Source of the DNA: Myxococcota bacterium
Lineage (GTDB): Bacteria > Myxococcota_A > UBA796 > UBA2385
Length of the DNA stretch: 64,000 nucleotides
Direction: 5' to 3'
NCBI GenBank assembly: GCA_023150805.1
Contig: JAKLKF010000011.1
Span: 19,987 to 83,986 of the forward strand
The notes beneath the pieces were generated by a model. It did no database searches. It had not been told where the DNA came from and saw only the letters and a program-made list of their open reading frames with translations. Shown one piece after another: positions 44,363-54,934 of the stretch. The position numbers were made by a program, and so were the translations under genes. Within the stretch, counting starts at the first letter, position 1; each line of letters starts with the position of its first letter.

Positions 44363-45811
44363 ATGCTCGCGCCCGTCGATCGCCTCCGTCCCCTGAACGA
44401 CGCCCCCCTCCGCCGCGAGGGGGCCTGGGTGCTGTACTGGATGGTGGCCAGCCGCCGTGCCGGCTGGAGCTTCGCCCTGGACCACGCCCTGGCCCGCGCC
44501 CGGGAGCTGGGCCGGCCGCTGCTGGTGCTGGAGGCGCTGCGGCTGGACCACCCGCACGCCAGCGCGCGGCTGCACCGCTTCGTGCTGCAGGGCATGGCCG
44601 ACAACGCGCGGGCCTTCGCGGGCTCGCCCGTGGGCTACCTGCCCTTCGTCGAGGAGACGCCGGGCCAGGGCCGGGGCCTGCTGCGGGCGCTGGCGGACCG
44701 GGCCTGCCTGGTGGTGACCGACGACTGGCCCGCCTACTTCCTGCCCCGGATGCAGGCGGCCGCGGCCGCGGCCCTGCCGGTGCGGCTGGAGGCGGTGGAC
44801 GGCGTGGGCCTGCTGCCCTGGCGCTCGGTCGACCGGGCCTTCGGGCGCGCGGTGGATTTCCGCCGCCACCTGCAGCGCCAGCTGGCGCCGCACCTGCGCG
44901 TGCTGCCCTCGCCCGCGCCGCTGTCGGGCCTGGACCTGCCGCCCTGCCCCCCGCTGCCCGACGCCCTGCGCGCCCGCTGGCCGGCCGCCTCCGACCGGCG
45001 CCTGTCGGGCCAGGTCACCGACCTCCCCGTGGACCAGGGCGTCGGACCGGTGGCGCAGGAGGGGGGCGCGGGGGCGGCGCGCGCGCGGTGGCGGCGCTTC
45101 CGCGACGAGGGGCTGTCCCGGTACGACGAGGAGCGCAGCCACCCGGACGCCGACGCCAGCAGCGGCCTGTCTCCCTGGCTGCACTTCGGCCACCTCTCGG
45201 TGCACGAGCTGTGGGCCGACATCGCCGGGCGCGAGGGCTGGAGCCCCGAGCGGCTGGGCCCGGTGACCGCCAGCAAGGCCGGCTGGTGGGGGCTGTCCGC
45301 GTCGTCCGAGGCCTTCCTCGACGAGCTGGTCACCTGGCGCGAGCTGGCCCTGAACGGCGCCGCCCTCCTGCCGGACCACGACCGCTACGCGGGGACCCCG
45401 GCCTGGGCGCAGCAGACCCTGGCCCAGCACCGCGCCGATCCTCGGCCGCACCGCTACGACCTGGAGACGCTGGATCGTGCACAGACCCACGACCCGGTGT
45501 GGAACGCCGCCCAGCGGCAGCTCCGCGAGAGCGGAGGCATGCACAACTACCTGCGCATGCTGTGGGGCAAGAAGGTGCTGGAGTGGGTGGACGATCCCGC
45601 GACGGCTTTCGACATCCTGCTGCACCTCAACGACCGCTACGCCCTCGACGGCCGCGACCCGAACTCGACGGCGGGGGTGGGCTGGGTCTTCGGCCGCTAT
45701 GACCGCCCCTGGGGGCCGGTGCGGCCGATCTTCGGCACCGTGCGCTACATGAGCTCCGAGAACACGGTGCGCAAGCTGCGGATGGGTCGGTACCTGGCCC
45801 GGTGGGGCTGA
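44363..45811 (+). CDS. phrB: Deoxyribodipyrimidine photolyase, class II-like
   Basis: VLYWM, SGLSPWLHFGH, WNAAQRQL ... MHNYLRMLWGKK and DGRDPNS. Confidence 0.85.
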   Translation: MLAPVDRLRPLNDAPLRREGAWVLYWMVASRRAGWSFALDHALARARELGRPLLVLEALRLDHPHASARLHRFVLQGMADNARAFAGSPVGYLPFVEETPGQGRGLLRALADRACLVVTDDWPAYFLPRMQAAAAAALPVRLEAVDGVGLLPWRSVDRAFGRAVDFRRHLQRQLAPHLRVLPSPAPLSGLDLPPCPPLPDALRARWPAASDRRLSGQVTDLPVDQGVGPVAQEGGAGAARARWRRFRDEGLSRYDEERSHPDADASSGLSPWLHFGHLSVHELWADIAGREGWSPERLGPVTASKAGWWGLSASSEAFLDELVTWRELALNGAALLPDHDRYAGTPAWAQQTLAQHRADPRPHRYDLETLDRAQTHDPVWNAAQRQLRESGGMHNYLRMLWGKKVLEWVDDPATAFDILLHLNDRYALDGRDPNSTAGVGWVFGRYDRPWGPVRPIFGTVRYMSSENTVRKLRMGRYLARWG

Positions 45812-45828
45812 AGGCCCGGCGGGGCCGG

Positions 45829-47442
45829 TCAGAGCGCGGAGAGGATGCGCCGCAGCTCCTCGAGGTCGCCATCGCCGGGGTTGGTCACGGCGGCGGCGTC
45901 CAGCGCGTCGTGGGCGAGGGCGAGGGCCTCGGCCTCGGTCATCCCGATGGGCTCGCCCCGGGCCGCGCGCAGGGCGTCGGTCGCGGCGAGGATGGCCGCG
46001 CCCTTGTCCACGGGCGCCCGGTCGGCCGCGACCAGGGCCCCCCAGGTGGTGTCCAGGTGCGCGGTCTTGCGCTCCCAGGTCACGGCGTCGCGGTAGTGCG
46101 CGGTGACGGCGATCGGACTGTCGTCGTCGGGAGTGACGGGCTCGCAGCGACGGATGACATGGTGGAAGACCATGGCGTCGTTGGGTGCGATGTTCTGCGG
46201 CTCGACCTCGGCGCGGTCGGTGGACAGCTCCTCGCCGGAGAAGCGCACGATCTCGAAGCCCGGCGGCAACGTGAGCTCGACCTCGACCTCGCGGGCGGCC
46301 ACCTCCAGCGTGGACAGGAAGCGGTCGCCGAAGATGCGCCCGATCTCGTCCTCGTCCGGAATGAAGACGCTGGCGCCCTTGCCAGCGTCGGTGACGTCGT
46401 CCATCAGGTCGTCATTGTAGCCGATGCCCTCCCCCACACCCACGCCGACCAGGTACACGCCGTCGTCTCCCTCCTCCCCGGCGTGGGCGGCGATGAGCTC
46501 GATGTCGGTGATGCCGGCGTTGGCTCCGCCGTCGGAGAGCAGGATGACGCGGTTGGTCATGCTGGGGTCGTAGGACACCAAGGCCAGCTCATAGCCCTCC
46601 GACAGCCCTCGGTTCAGGTCGGTGCCGCCGCCGGCCTCCAGCGAGGAGATGGCCGCGAGCAGGGTCTCGTCGGAGGGATCGACGATGGTGTGGTTGGCCA
46701 TTCGGACGGTGTGGCTGGTGTCCCAGGTGACCATGGACACGACATCTCCGGGTCGCAGGTGGCCGGCGATCTCCAGCAGGCTCCTGCGCACCAGCTCGAT
46801 GGGCTCGCCGGACATCGACCCGCTGGTGTCGACCGAGAAGACCAGGTTCATCGGGTCGCGGTCGTCCAGGTCGACGGTCTCGCTGGCCAGGCCGAGCTGC
46901 AGGCGCCAGGTGTCGGGGACCCCGGTGGGCACGATGGCGGCGTGCAGGACCAGCTCCCCGGCCGCCGCCGCCGGGTAGTCCCAGGTGGCGTAGTTGAAGA
47001 ACTCCCAGGGGCGCACGGGGACGTAGCGGATGCCGCCCGAGCCGTGCAGCACCGCGTCGCGTACCTGGACGGGCGAGGACATGGAGTTGCTGTCGTCCGG
47101 CGACAGCCACAGGGGCACCACTTCCTCGTCCAGGCAGTCCTCCTCGTCGGGGGTGCCGGTGTCGTCGGGATCGCCCGTGTCGCCCGCTCCGCCGTCGCCG
47201 TCGGTCCCTCCGTCGCTGCTGCCGCCGTCCCCGGCGCCGCCGTCGGAGGTCCAGCCGCTGCCGCCGTCGGAGGTCCAGCCGCCGCCATCGCCGCCGTCGC
47301 CGCTCCCGCCCCCGGTGGAGCCGCCATCCGAGGCGCCACCGTCGCCCTGGGCGCCGTGTGCGTCGTCGTCGCGTGCGCCGGGGCCGTCGCAGGCCAGCAG
47401 GGCGAGGAGGAGGGAGGAGGGGGCCAGGATCCTGGTGCGCAT
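45829..47442 (-). CDS. vWA-domain lipoprotein with Gly/Asp-rich linker
   Basis: Start ATG 47442 with lipobox LLALLAC. MIDAS DTSGSM, GGGTDL and ILLSDGGAN. Confidence 0.85.
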   Translation of the reverse strand: MRTRILAPSSLLLALLACDGPGARDDDAHGAQGDGGASDGGSTGGGSGDGGDGGGWTSDGGSGWTSDGGAGDGGSSDGGTDGDGGAGDTGDPDDTGTPDEEDCLDEEVVPLWLSPDDSNSMSSPVQVRDAVLHGSGGIRYVPVRPWEFFNYATWDYPAAAAGELVLHAAIVPTGVPDTWRLQLGLASETVDLDDRDPMNLVFSVDTSGSMSGEPIELVRRSLLEIAGHLRPGDVVSMVTWDTSHTVRMANHTIVDPSDETLLAAISSLEAGGGTDLNRGLSEGYELALVSYDPSMTNRVILLSDGGANAGITDIELIAAHAGEEGDDGVYLVGVGVGEGIGYNDDLMDDVTDAGKGASVFIPDEDEIGRIFGDRFLSTLEVAAREVEVELTLPPGFEIVRFSGEELSTDRAEVEPQNIAPNDAMVFHHVIRRCEPVTPDDDSPIAVTAHYRDAVTWERKTAHLDTTWGALVAADRAPVDKGAAILAATDALRAARGEPIGMTEAEALALAHDALDAAAVTNPGDGDLEELRRILSAL

Positions 47443-47573
47443 GGTGACCTCGCGTCGGGGTGCGAGGGGAACATGCCCGCCGGGCGGCCCCTCCTCAATG
47501 GCGGTTCCGCACATACCATGGGGTGGAGATGCCGATGGGTGTGCAGAAACGACGAGCCGCGGGCGCAGACGGA

Positions 47574-47598
47574 GGCACCCCCGCCCGGGCGGGGTGCC
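47574..47598. other. Near-perfect 25-bp palindrome in the intergenic region (hairpin or operator)
   Basis: GGCACCCCCGCCCGGGCGGGGTGCC is self-complementary except for one extra C. Confidence 0.5.
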
Positions 47599-47672
47599 GG
47601 GGCGGGGGTGGAGCACCCGCGCGACGCGCGACCCGGCCGCGGATCTCCCGCGGGCCAGGCGACCGGTCGCGC

Positions 47673-48053
47673 CTACCGGGCGCCGTCGGGCTGAGCGAGG
47701 AGCCTGCGGACGCCGCTGACCAGGCGGGCAAGCGCAGAGGGGGTGGTCCCACCCTGCGCGCCTCCGCCGGTGTCGCCGCCGGTGTCGGTCCCGCCGGTGT
47801 CGCCGCCGGTGTCGGTCCCGCCGGTGTCGCCGCCATCGCCCGAGCCACCGTCGCCGGCACCGCCGTCGCCGGAGCCGCCGTCGCCGCCGCCGTCTCCGCC
47901 ACCGTCGCCAGCGCCGCCGTCCGTCGTGCCGCCGTCCGTCGCGCCGCCGTCGTGCACGTCCTCCCCCTCCTGGCCGCCGATCCCCCAGGGATCGGTGCAC
48001 GCGGGGGCGAGGGAGAGCACGAGCAGGAGGGTGAGCGAGGGCGAGCGGCGCAT
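47673..48053 (-). CDS. Small Gly/Asp/Thr-rich putative lipoprotein
   Basis: MRRSPSLTLLLVLSLAPAC followed by DGG/DTGG repeats, 126 aa. Confidence 0.55.
   Translation of the reverse strand: MRRSPSLTLLLVLSLAPACTDPWGIGGQEGEDVHDGGATDGGTTDGGAGDGGGDGGGDGGSGDGGAGDGGSGDGGDTGGTDTGGDTGGTDTGGDTGGGAQGGTTPSALARLVSGVRRLLAQPDGAR
47764..47833 (-). repeat. 27-bp coding tandem repeat (about 2.5 copies, GGDTGGTDT)
   Basis: ccgccggtgtcgccgccggtgtcggtc units start at 47764, 47791 and 47818 (partial). Confidence 0.85.
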
Positions 48054-48168
48054 CGGTGGGCTCCGTCCCTCCACCATGGTCGCCCTGGCGCACAGGCGCA
48101 AGGCCGGAGCTGCACTCTCCATGGCCCGGACTGGCGACCTGCTGTGCAGTCCTGGTAGATCACGCCCC

Positions 48169-49152
48169 ATGGACATCGACTTCGACCAGGTCGCCTGTGA
48201 GCTGCTTCGAGCCCTGCGCGGGCGCCGCTCCCAGGTGCAGTGGAGCCGCCGCCTGGGCTACCGCAGCAACGTGGCCTGGTCGTGGGAGAAGGGGCGCCGC
48301 TGGCCGACGGGGGCCGAGACCTTGCGCGCCTGCCGGCGGGCGGGCGTGGACCCGGCGGACGCGCTGACGCGCTTCTATGGTCAGCCGCCGACCTGGCTGC
48401 CGGACGTGGACCCCGCCACCCCGCAGGCGGTGGCGCTGCTCCTGGACGATCTGCGGGGCAGCACCACGGTGGTCGAGCTGGCCCGGCTGGCGGGGCTGTC
48501 GCGCTACTCGGTCACTCGGTGGCTCTCGGGCCAGACCCAGCCGCGGCTGCCGGACCTGCTCCGGGTGGTCGAGGCGGCCAGCACGCGGATGGTCGACCTG
48601 GTGGCCTGCCTGGTGGATCCGCTGGCCCTGCCCTCGGTGGCGCCGCACTGGCGGGCGATCCAGGCGCGGCGCCGCAGCGCGGCCGAGCTGCCGTGGACCC
48701 AGGCGGTGCTGCGGGCGGTGGAGCTGGCGGAGTACCAGGCGCTGCCGGCCCACGAGCCGGGCTGGATCGCGCGCCGCCTGGGCATCCAGGAGGAGGAGGA
48801 GGCGCGCTGCGTGGCCTTCCTGCGCAACCACGGCCAGCTCATCTGGACGGGAACGCACTTCCAGCCACAGACCCGCGCGGTGGACACCCGCGCCCTTCCC
48901 GAGGTGGGACGCACGCTGAAGGCGCACTGGTCGCGTGTGGCGGCGGATCGCATCGAGGGCGGGCGACCCGGGCAGTTCAGCTACAACGTCTTCACCTGCT
49001 CTCGCGCCGACCTGGAGCGCATCCGGCAGGCCCACCTGGCCTACTTCCACGCCCTGCGCGCCATCGTGGCTGACAGCCAGCCCGACGAGGTGGTGGTGGT
49101 GGCCAACGTGCAGCTCTTCCCCCTGGAGCCGGGCGAGGGGCGCGGCGGGTGA
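48169..49152 (+). CDS. XRE-type regulator with two HTH domains and DUF4423-like C-terminus
   Basis: SQVQWSRRLGYRSNVAWSWEKGRRWP and VVELARLAGLSRYSVTRWLSGQTQPRL, with C-terminal FSYNVF ... NVQLFPL. Confidence 0.75.
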   Translation: MDIDFDQVACELLRALRGRRSQVQWSRRLGYRSNVAWSWEKGRRWPTGAETLRACRRAGVDPADALTRFYGQPPTWLPDVDPATPQAVALLLDDLRGSTTVVELARLAGLSRYSVTRWLSGQTQPRLPDLLRVVEAASTRMVDLVACLVDPLALPSVAPHWRAIQARRRSAAELPWTQAVLRAVELAEYQALPAHEPGWIARRLGIQEEEEARCVAFLRNHGQLIWTGTHFQPQTRAVDTRALPEVGRTLKAHWSRVAADRIEGGRPGQFSYNVFTCSRADLERIRQAHLAYFHALRAIVADSQPDEVVVVANVQLFPLEPGEGRGG

Positions 49153-49551
49153 TCAGCCCTCCAGCGGCGCCAGCAGGTCCTGCAGCTCGGCGGCCAGCGA
49201 CGGGTCGGCGGCCAGCGCGCGGTCGACCAGGGCCTGGCCGCGGTGGGCCTGGGCAAGGGCCTCCTCGCCGCGCCCCAGGGCCGCCAGCGCCTCGCCGCGC
49301 TCGCGCAGCAGCAGGCCGGCCGCCAGCACCCGGGCGACGTCCAGCTCTTCGCCGGGGCTGAGCAGGGCCAGCAGCGTCGGCAGGGGCAGGCGCGCGACCA
49401 GGCCCAGGTCCAGGCCCAGCAGCGAGCGGCCGCTGGTGTCCAGGGCGTCCAGGGCCTGCTCCAGGGCGGCCTCCTGTCGCTGCCGGCGGCTGCCGACCAG
49501 GGCGACGATCACCTGGCGGATCAGCCGCAGCAGGAAGTCCTCGCGGATCAT
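49153..49551 (-). CDS. Small helical hypothetical protein (DUF6483-like)
   Basis: ATG 49551, MIREDFLLRLIRQ. Its stop abuts the convergent stop at 49152. Confidence 0.6.
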   Translation of the reverse strand: MIREDFLLRLIRQVIVALVGSRRQRQEAALEQALDALDTSGRSLLGLDLGLVARLPLPTLLALLSPGEELDVARVLAAGLLLRERGEALAALGRGEEALAQAHRGQALVDRALAADPSLAAELQDLLAPLEG

Positions 49552-49568
49552 CCGCGCTCCTCTCGGGC

Positions 49569-50207
49569 TCAGCGGCCGGCCGCGGCGCGCACCGGCTCCA
49601 GCGGCGGCGGCGGGGCCAGGCCCTCGCGCCACCACAGGCGCCCCTCCTCCAGGTCCTGCTGCCAGGCCAGCCACAGGTCCAGCGGCGCCCGCCGCAGGCA
49701 GCCCTCGTCGACGAGCAGGCGGCCGTCGCCGAGCACGGCGATCTCGTCGGCGGGTACGCGGCAGCCGTCCTCGAGCACCAGGTCGGTGACTTGCTGCCGC
49801 AGGTGGTCGACCACCACGGTCTCGACCCTGCCCAGGACGGTCCCGCCGCAGTCCACCACGTCGGCGTCGCGCACGCCCGAGACCCAGCGCAGGCCGACCG
49901 AGGTCGGGTCGGCCAGCAGCCAGCCCCGGCCGTTCGACGGGGGCACCCGCACCTGGCCCGAGCGCATCGGCGTGGTGAAGACCGCCTCGACGATGGGCCG
50001 GCCCCCGTCCTGGTCGTCGATGCGCAGCGCGGCGATCCGCCCGGATCCGACGCGGAAGGCCAGGTCCAGCACCTGTCGCACCGGCCCGGCGTGCTGGGCG
50101 CCCGGCACGGCCAGGTCGCCCCGCGGCCGCGGCACGAAGGACAGGCGGGGGCGGGCGGAGTCGCGGGACAAGGGCAGACACCTCTGGCGAGCCGAGGGGT
50201 CACCCAT
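49569..50207 (-). CDS. Hypothetical protein with PRC-barrel-like repeats
   Basis: VLDLAFRVGSGRIAALRI and DVVDCGGTVLGRVETVVVDHLRQQVTDLVL patterns. Confidence 0.5.
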   Translation of the reverse strand: MGDPSARQRCLPLSRDSARPRLSFVPRPRGDLAVPGAQHAGPVRQVLDLAFRVGSGRIAALRIDDQDGGRPIVEAVFTTPMRSGQVRVPPSNGRGWLLADPTSVGLRWVSGVRDADVVDCGGTVLGRVETVVVDHLRQQVTDLVLEDGCRVPADEIAVLGDGRLLVDEGCLRRAPLDLWLAWQQDLEEGRLWWREGLAPPPPLEPVRAAAGR

Positions 50208-50337
50208 AGAGCGCCTGCCCTGGATCGTCGTCCTGCCAGGGGGGCAATTCACCTGATCGTCGACGTGTTTCGGGCGTGTGACGGCGTTCCCCGTGGAACG
50301 GCCGCTCGGCCCGCCAGCCCGCCCCGGGCGGTCCCGC

Positions 50338-51780
50338 TCAGCCCAGGGCGGCGACCACCTTCTCCATGGTCTCGCGGGCATCCCCGAAGAGCATGCGGGT
50401 GTTGGGCAGGACGAAGAGCGGGTTCTCGACGCCGGCGTAGCCGCTGCCCATGCCGCGCTTGAGCACGATCACGGTGCCGGCCTTCCAGGCCTCCAGCACC
50501 GGCATCCCGGCGATGGGGCTGTCGGGGTCGGTCTGGGCGCTGGGGTTGACGATGTCGTTGGCGCCGATGACCAGCACGACGTCGGTCTCGGGGAAGTCCT
50601 CGTTGATCTCCTCCATCTCGAGCACGATGTCGTAGGGCACGCCCGCCTCGGCCAGCAGCACGTTCATGTGGCCCGGCAGGCGGCCGGCGACCGGGTGGAT
50701 GGCGTAGCGGACGGTCTTGCCCCGCTTGCGCAGGATGGAGGTGAAGCGCTCGACGGGGTGCTGGGCGCGGGCGACGGCCATGCCGTAGCCGGGCACGATC
50801 ACGACGTGCTTCGCGGCGTCCAGCAGCTCGACCAGCTCGGGCGCCTCGATGGGCGAGACGTCTCCCTGGACGGCCTGGGCGGCAGCCGAGGGCTTCTTGT
50901 CGCCCGTGCCGAAGCCGCCGAAGACCACGTTCCAGATGGAGCGGTTCATCGCCTGGCACATGATGTGGCTCAGGATGGCGCCCGAGCTGCCGACCAGGGC
51001 GCCGGTGACGATGAGCAGGTCGTTGGAGAGCATGAAGCCGGCCGCGGCGGCGGCCCAGCCCGAGTAGCTGTTGAGCAGCGAGACGACGACGGGCATGTCG
51101 GCGCCGCCGATGGCCAGGACCAGGTGCAGGCCCATCAGGCAGGCGACGAAGGTCAGCACCAGCAGCAGCGGCAGGCCCAGGCCGTCCAGGCCCGCGACCA
51201 GCCCCGCGTCGCCGGCCGTCATGGCCAGGCCCGAGCCGACCACGACGATCAGGGCGGTGAGGTTCAGCCAGTGCCGCGCGGGCAGCAACAGCGGCTTGCC
51301 CGACAGGCTGCCGCGCAGCTTGCCCCAGGCGACGACCGAGCCCGTGAAGGTGATGGCGCCGATGGCCACGCCCAGCCACACCTCGGTGTGGTGGACGATC
51401 TGCTGGGCCGTGCTGTCCAGCGCCCCATGGGGGTGCAGGTAGCTGGCCAGTCCGACCAGGACGGCGGCCAGGCCCACGAAGCTGTGCAGGAGGGCGACCA
51501 GCTCGGGCATGGCGGTCATGACGACGCGCTTGGCCAGCACCGCGCCGATGCTGCCGCCGACCGCCACGGCCCCGGCCATCAACCACGGGCTCTGGATGTC
51601 GGGGTGCAGGGCGGTGACCAGGATCGCCACGGCCATGCCGATGATGCCGAACAGGTTGCCGCGCTGGGAGGTCTGCTGGCTGCTCAGGCCGCCCAGGCTC
51701 ATGATGAACAGGACGCTGGCCGCCAGGTAGGCCGCTGCCAGCAGGCTCTCGGGGAGGCCCCCTTCCAGTGCCGTGGACAT
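50338..51780 (-). CDS. pntB: NAD(P) transhydrogenase subunit beta
   Basis: [53 protein letters not shown] and GANDIVNP. Start ATG 51780. Confidence 0.97.
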   Translation of the reverse strand: MSTALEGGLPESLLAAAYLAASVLFIMSLGGLSSQQTSQRGNLFGIIGMAVAILVTALHPDIQSPWLMAGAVAVGGSIGAVLAKRVVMTAMPELVALLHSFVGLAAVLVGLASYLHPHGALDSTAQQIVHHTEVWLGVAIGAITFTGSVVAWGKLRGSLSGKPLLLPARHWLNLTALIVVVGSGLAMTAGDAGLVAGLDGLGLPLLLVLTFVACLMGLHLVLAIGGADMPVVVSLLNSYSGWAAAAAGFMLSNDLLIVTGALVGSSGAILSHIMCQAMNRSIWNVVFGGFGTGDKKPSAAAQAVQGDVSPIEAPELVELLDAAKHVVIVPGYGMAVARAQHPVERFTSILRKRGKTVRYAIHPVAGRLPGHMNVLLAEAGVPYDIVLEMEEINEDFPETDVVLVIGANDIVNPSAQTDPDSPIAGMPVLEAWKAGTVIVLKRGMGSGYAGVENPLFVLPNTRMLFGDARETMEKVVAALG

Positions 51781-51788
51781 GGCCGCTC

Positions 51789-53357
51789 CTACCGGTGGAA
51801 CATCCGCAGCATGCGCTGCGTGACGAAGAAGCCGCCGGCGATGTTGATGCTGGCGAACAGGATGGCGATGGCGCCCAGGATGGCGGCGGCGTCGATCTCG
51901 GCGTTGCCCGCCGTCAGCATGCCGCCCAGCACGATGATGCCGCTGATGGCGTTGGTGACGCTCATCAGCGGGGTGTGCAGGGCCGGGGTGACGTTCCAGA
52001 TGAGCTGCCAGCCGACGAAGCAGGCCAGCACGAAGACCGTGAGGTGCTGCAGGAACTCGCCGGGGGCGGTCACGCCGAGCACGGCCAGGACCACCGCGGC
52101 CACCAGGACCGCGCCACGCTTCCAGGCGCCCGTGTGGGCCGGGGGCTTCTGGGCGATCGCCGGCACGTGGGCGTCGGGCGCCTTGGCCACGGCGGCGGCG
52201 GGGGCGGTCGGGGGGGGCGCCTCGGCCTTGGGGAAGGGCTCGATGGGCCAGCGGACCTGGCCGTCGAGGACGACGGCGGACTGGTGCAGGACCTCGTCCT
52301 CCAGGTTGATCCGGGTCTTGGCGCCGCCGCCCATGTCGTCGAGCAGGTGCGCCACGTTCTGGCCGTAGAAGCGGCTGGCGACCGGCGCCATGCGGCTGGG
52401 CAGGTCGGTGTAGCCGACGATGCTGACCCCGTGCTCCACCGCGACCTGGCCCGGGCGGGTCAGCTCGCAATTGCCGCCCGTCGCGGCCGCCATGTCCACG
52501 ACCACGCTGCCCGGCCGCATCGCGGCGACGTGCTCGGCCGTGATCAGGATCGGCGCCCGCTTGCCGGGGATGAGGGCCGTCGTGACGATGATGTCGCACT
52601 GCCGGGCCTGCTCGAGGAACAGCGCCATCTCGGCGGCGATGAACTCCGGCGACATCGTCTTGGCGTAGCCGCCCGCCCCCTCGCCGCTCTCCTCGACGGA
52701 GACCTGCAGGAAGGTGGCGCCCATGCTCTCCACCTGCTCGCGGCAGGCCGCGCGCACGTCGAAGGCCCGCACGTCCGCGCCCAGCGCCCGGGCGGCGCCG
52801 ATGGCGGCCAGGCCCGCCACGCCGGCGCCGATCACCAGGACCCGGGCCGGCGGCGCCTTGCCCGCGGCGGTCATCTGGCCGGTGAAGAAGCCGCCGTAGA
52901 GCGTCGCCGCCTCGACCACCGCCCGGTAGCCCGCGATGTTGGCCATGCTGGAGAGCACGTCCATCTTCTGGGCGCGGGTGATGCGCGGGATGCGCTCCAT
53001 GGCGATGGCGCTGGCGCCGACCGCCGCGATGCGGGCCAGCAGCTCGCCGTTGCGGGCGGGGTCGAGCTGGCTGATCAGGATGGCCCCGGCGCGCAGGTCG
53101 TCGACCTCGTGCCGGCCGTCGTCGCGGACCCCGGGAGGCTCGATGTGGGCGACGATGTCGCTGCCCCAGGCCGTGTCGCGGTCCACGACCCGCGCCCCCG
53201 CGTCCAGGTAGGCCTGGTCGGAGAAGCCCGCGAGCGTCCCGGCGCCCGTCTCCACCGCGACGGTGTAGCCGAGCTTCAGGAGTCGGGGAACGGTGTCGGG
53301 AGCGACGGCCACCCGTCGCTCGGCGACGGACAGCTCCTTGGGTACGCCGACCTGCAT
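51789..53357 (-). CDS. pntA: NAD(P) transhydrogenase subunit alpha (single chain)
   Basis: [35 protein letters not shown] and [15 protein letters not shown]. Confidence 0.97.
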   Translation of the reverse strand: MQVGVPKELSVAERRVAVAPDTVPRLLKLGYTVAVETGAGTLAGFSDQAYLDAGARVVDRDTAWGSDIVAHIEPPGVRDDGRHEVDDLRAGAILISQLDPARNGELLARIAAVGASAIAMERIPRITRAQKMDVLSSMANIAGYRAVVEAATLYGGFFTGQMTAAGKAPPARVLVIGAGVAGLAAIGAARALGADVRAFDVRAACREQVESMGATFLQVSVEESGEGAGGYAKTMSPEFIAAEMALFLEQARQCDIIVTTALIPGKRAPILITAEHVAAMRPGSVVVDMAAATGGNCELTRPGQVAVEHGVSIVGYTDLPSRMAPVASRFYGQNVAHLLDDMGGGAKTRINLEDEVLHQSAVVLDGQVRWPIEPFPKAEAPPPTAPAAAVAKAPDAHVPAIAQKPPAHTGAWKRGAVLVAAVVLAVLGVTAPGEFLQHLTVFVLACFVGWQLIWNVTPALHTPLMSVTNAISGIIVLGGMLTAGNAEIDAAAILGAIAILFASINIAGGFFVTQRMLRMFHR

Positions 53358-53399
53358 GGGGTGCTCCAGCAAGGCCGGCGCACCTAATGTGTTGGCGGC

Positions 53400-54113
53400 C
53401 TACGTGCCCGGCGTGTCGGCCGGCCGCTTGCCCCGATGGCGCCAGTCCTCGCCGCGGACCAGGAACAGCACGTGCTCGGCCAGGTTCGTGCCGTGGTCGC
53501 AGATGCGCTCGTAGTACTTGGCCGCCGCCTGGAGCTGCACGCCGCGCCGCACGTTGCTGGTGTCGGCCAGCATCTCGCGCAGGACCTCGTCGAAGAAGCG
53601 GTTGTACAGCTCGTCCATCTCGTCGTCGCGGGCGATGACGGCGTGGGCCTTGGACTCGTCGCCGGCGACGAAGGCGTCCAGCGCGTCGTGCACCATGGAG
53701 CGGGCCAGGGTGCCCATCTGCTCCAGGCGACCGTTCTGGCCGTCGGGCGGCAGGCGGGCCAGGTCCTGGGCCCGCTCGCAGACGTTGACGGCCAGGTCGC
53801 CGATGCGCTCCATGTCGGTGACCATCTTGAGCACCAGGGTCACGAATCGCAGGTCGCGCGCCACCGGGTTGCGCCGGGCGAGGATCCGCAGGCAGGCCCG
53901 GTCCAGCTCGATCTCGTCCTCGTTCACCTTGCGGTCGGAGAGGATGGTCTGCCGGGCCAGCTCGACGTCGCGCTCCACCACCGCGCGGGTGGACTGGGTG
54001 ATCATCTCCTCCACCCGAGCGCCCATGAGCAGCAGCCGCTCGTGCAGGACGGCCAGCTCGGCGCGGAACTCGCGATCGGTGTGCAGGTGGGGGGTGCGCT
54101 CTTCGTCGTGCAT
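53400..54113 (-). CDS. phoU: Phosphate transport regulator PhoU
   Basis: ATG 54113. [11 protein letters not shown] ... [11 protein letters not shown] ... [12 protein letters not shown], directly downstream of pstB. Confidence 0.95.
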   Translation of the reverse strand: MHDEERTPHLHTDREFRAELAVLHERLLLMGARVEEMITQSTRAVVERDVELARQTILSDRKVNEDEIELDRACLRILARRNPVARDLRFVTLVLKMVTDMERIGDLAVNVCERAQDLARLPPDGQNGRLEQMGTLARSMVHDALDAFVAGDESKAHAVIARDDEMDELYNRFFDEVLREMLADTSNVRRGVQLQAAAKYYERICDHGTNLAEHVLFLVRGEDWRHRGKRPADTPGT

Positions 54114-54142
54114 GGCGGGGATCATAGCCGAGGGCACTGCAA

Positions 54143-54916
54143 TCAGCCGAACTTGCCGGTGATGTAGTCCTCCGTACGCTGGTCCTTGGGGGAGGTGAAG
54201 ATGTTGTCGGTGTCGTCCACCTCGACCAGGTCGCCCATCAGGAAGAAGGCCGTCCGGTCGCTGACCCGCGCGGCCTGCTGCATGCTGTGGGTCACGATGG
54301 CGATGGTGTACTGCTCCTTCAGCTCGTGGATCAGGTCCTCGATCCGGGCGGTGGCGATGGGGTCGAGCGCGCTGGCCGGCTCGTCCATCAGCAGCACCTC
54401 GGGCTCGACCGCCAGCGAGCGCGCGATGCACAGGCGCTGCTGCTGGCCGCCGGACAGGCTGGCGCCGCCCTTGTCGAGCTGGTCCTTCACCTCGTCCCAC
54501 AAGGCGGCGCCGCGCAGGCTGCGCTCGACGATCTCCTCGGCCCGCGACCGGTCCAGCCGCCCGGTCAGCCGCAGGCCCGACAGGACGTTCTCGCGGATCG
54601 ACATGGTCGGGAAGGGGTTGGGCTTCTGGAAGACCATGCCGACCTTGCGCCGGAGCAGGACCGGGTCGACGTCCTTGCCGTAGACGTCGACGTCGTCCAG
54701 GATCACCTGCCCCTCGGCCCGCGCGCCCCGCACCAGCTCGTGCATCCGGTTCAGGCAGCGGATGAAGGTGGACTTGCCGCAGCCCGAGGGCCCGATGATC
54801 GCCGTGACCTCGCGGTCGTGGAAGACCATGTCGATGCCGTGCAGCGCCTCCTTGGCGCCGAACCAGGCGCGAAGCCCACGCGTCTCGATGCGGACGGGCT
54901 TGATCGGATCGGGCAT
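54143..54916 (-). CDS. pstB: Phosphate ABC transporter ATP-binding protein
   Basis: [30 protein letters not shown] and [12 protein letters not shown]. Confidence 0.97.
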   Translation of the reverse strand: MPDPIKPVRIETRGLRAWFGAKEALHGIDMVFHDREVTAIIGPSGCGKSTFIRCLNRMHELVRGARAEGQVILDDVDVYGKDVDPVLLRRKVGMVFQKPNPFPTMSIRENVLSGLRLTGRLDRSRAEEIVERSLRGAALWDEVKDQLDKGGASLSGGQQQRLCIARSLAVEPEVLLMDEPASALDPIATARIEDLIHELKEQYTIAIVTHSMQQAARVSDRTAFFLMGDLVEVDDTDNIFTSPKDQRTEDYITGKFG

Positions 54917-54934
54917 GGTCTCCTCGGGACGGGC

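Noticed and set aside
47764-47833. 27-bp repeats (and the 18-bp repeats at 1047-1108) as a possible CRISPR array
   Set aside because: The repeats are head-to-tail with no spacers, are multiples of 3 within coding frames, and no cas genes are present.
47443-48093. Fusion of the small lipoprotein with the vWA lipoprotein via the 754-aa ORF
   Set aside because: The upstream part of that frame translates as low-complexity junk, and the vWA protein has its own start and lipobox at 47442.
50218-50243. CCCTGG...CCAGGG inverted repeat as a terminator or riboswitch
   Set aside because: The stem is only 6 bp in a very GC-rich background, with no U-tract or recognisable aptamer.
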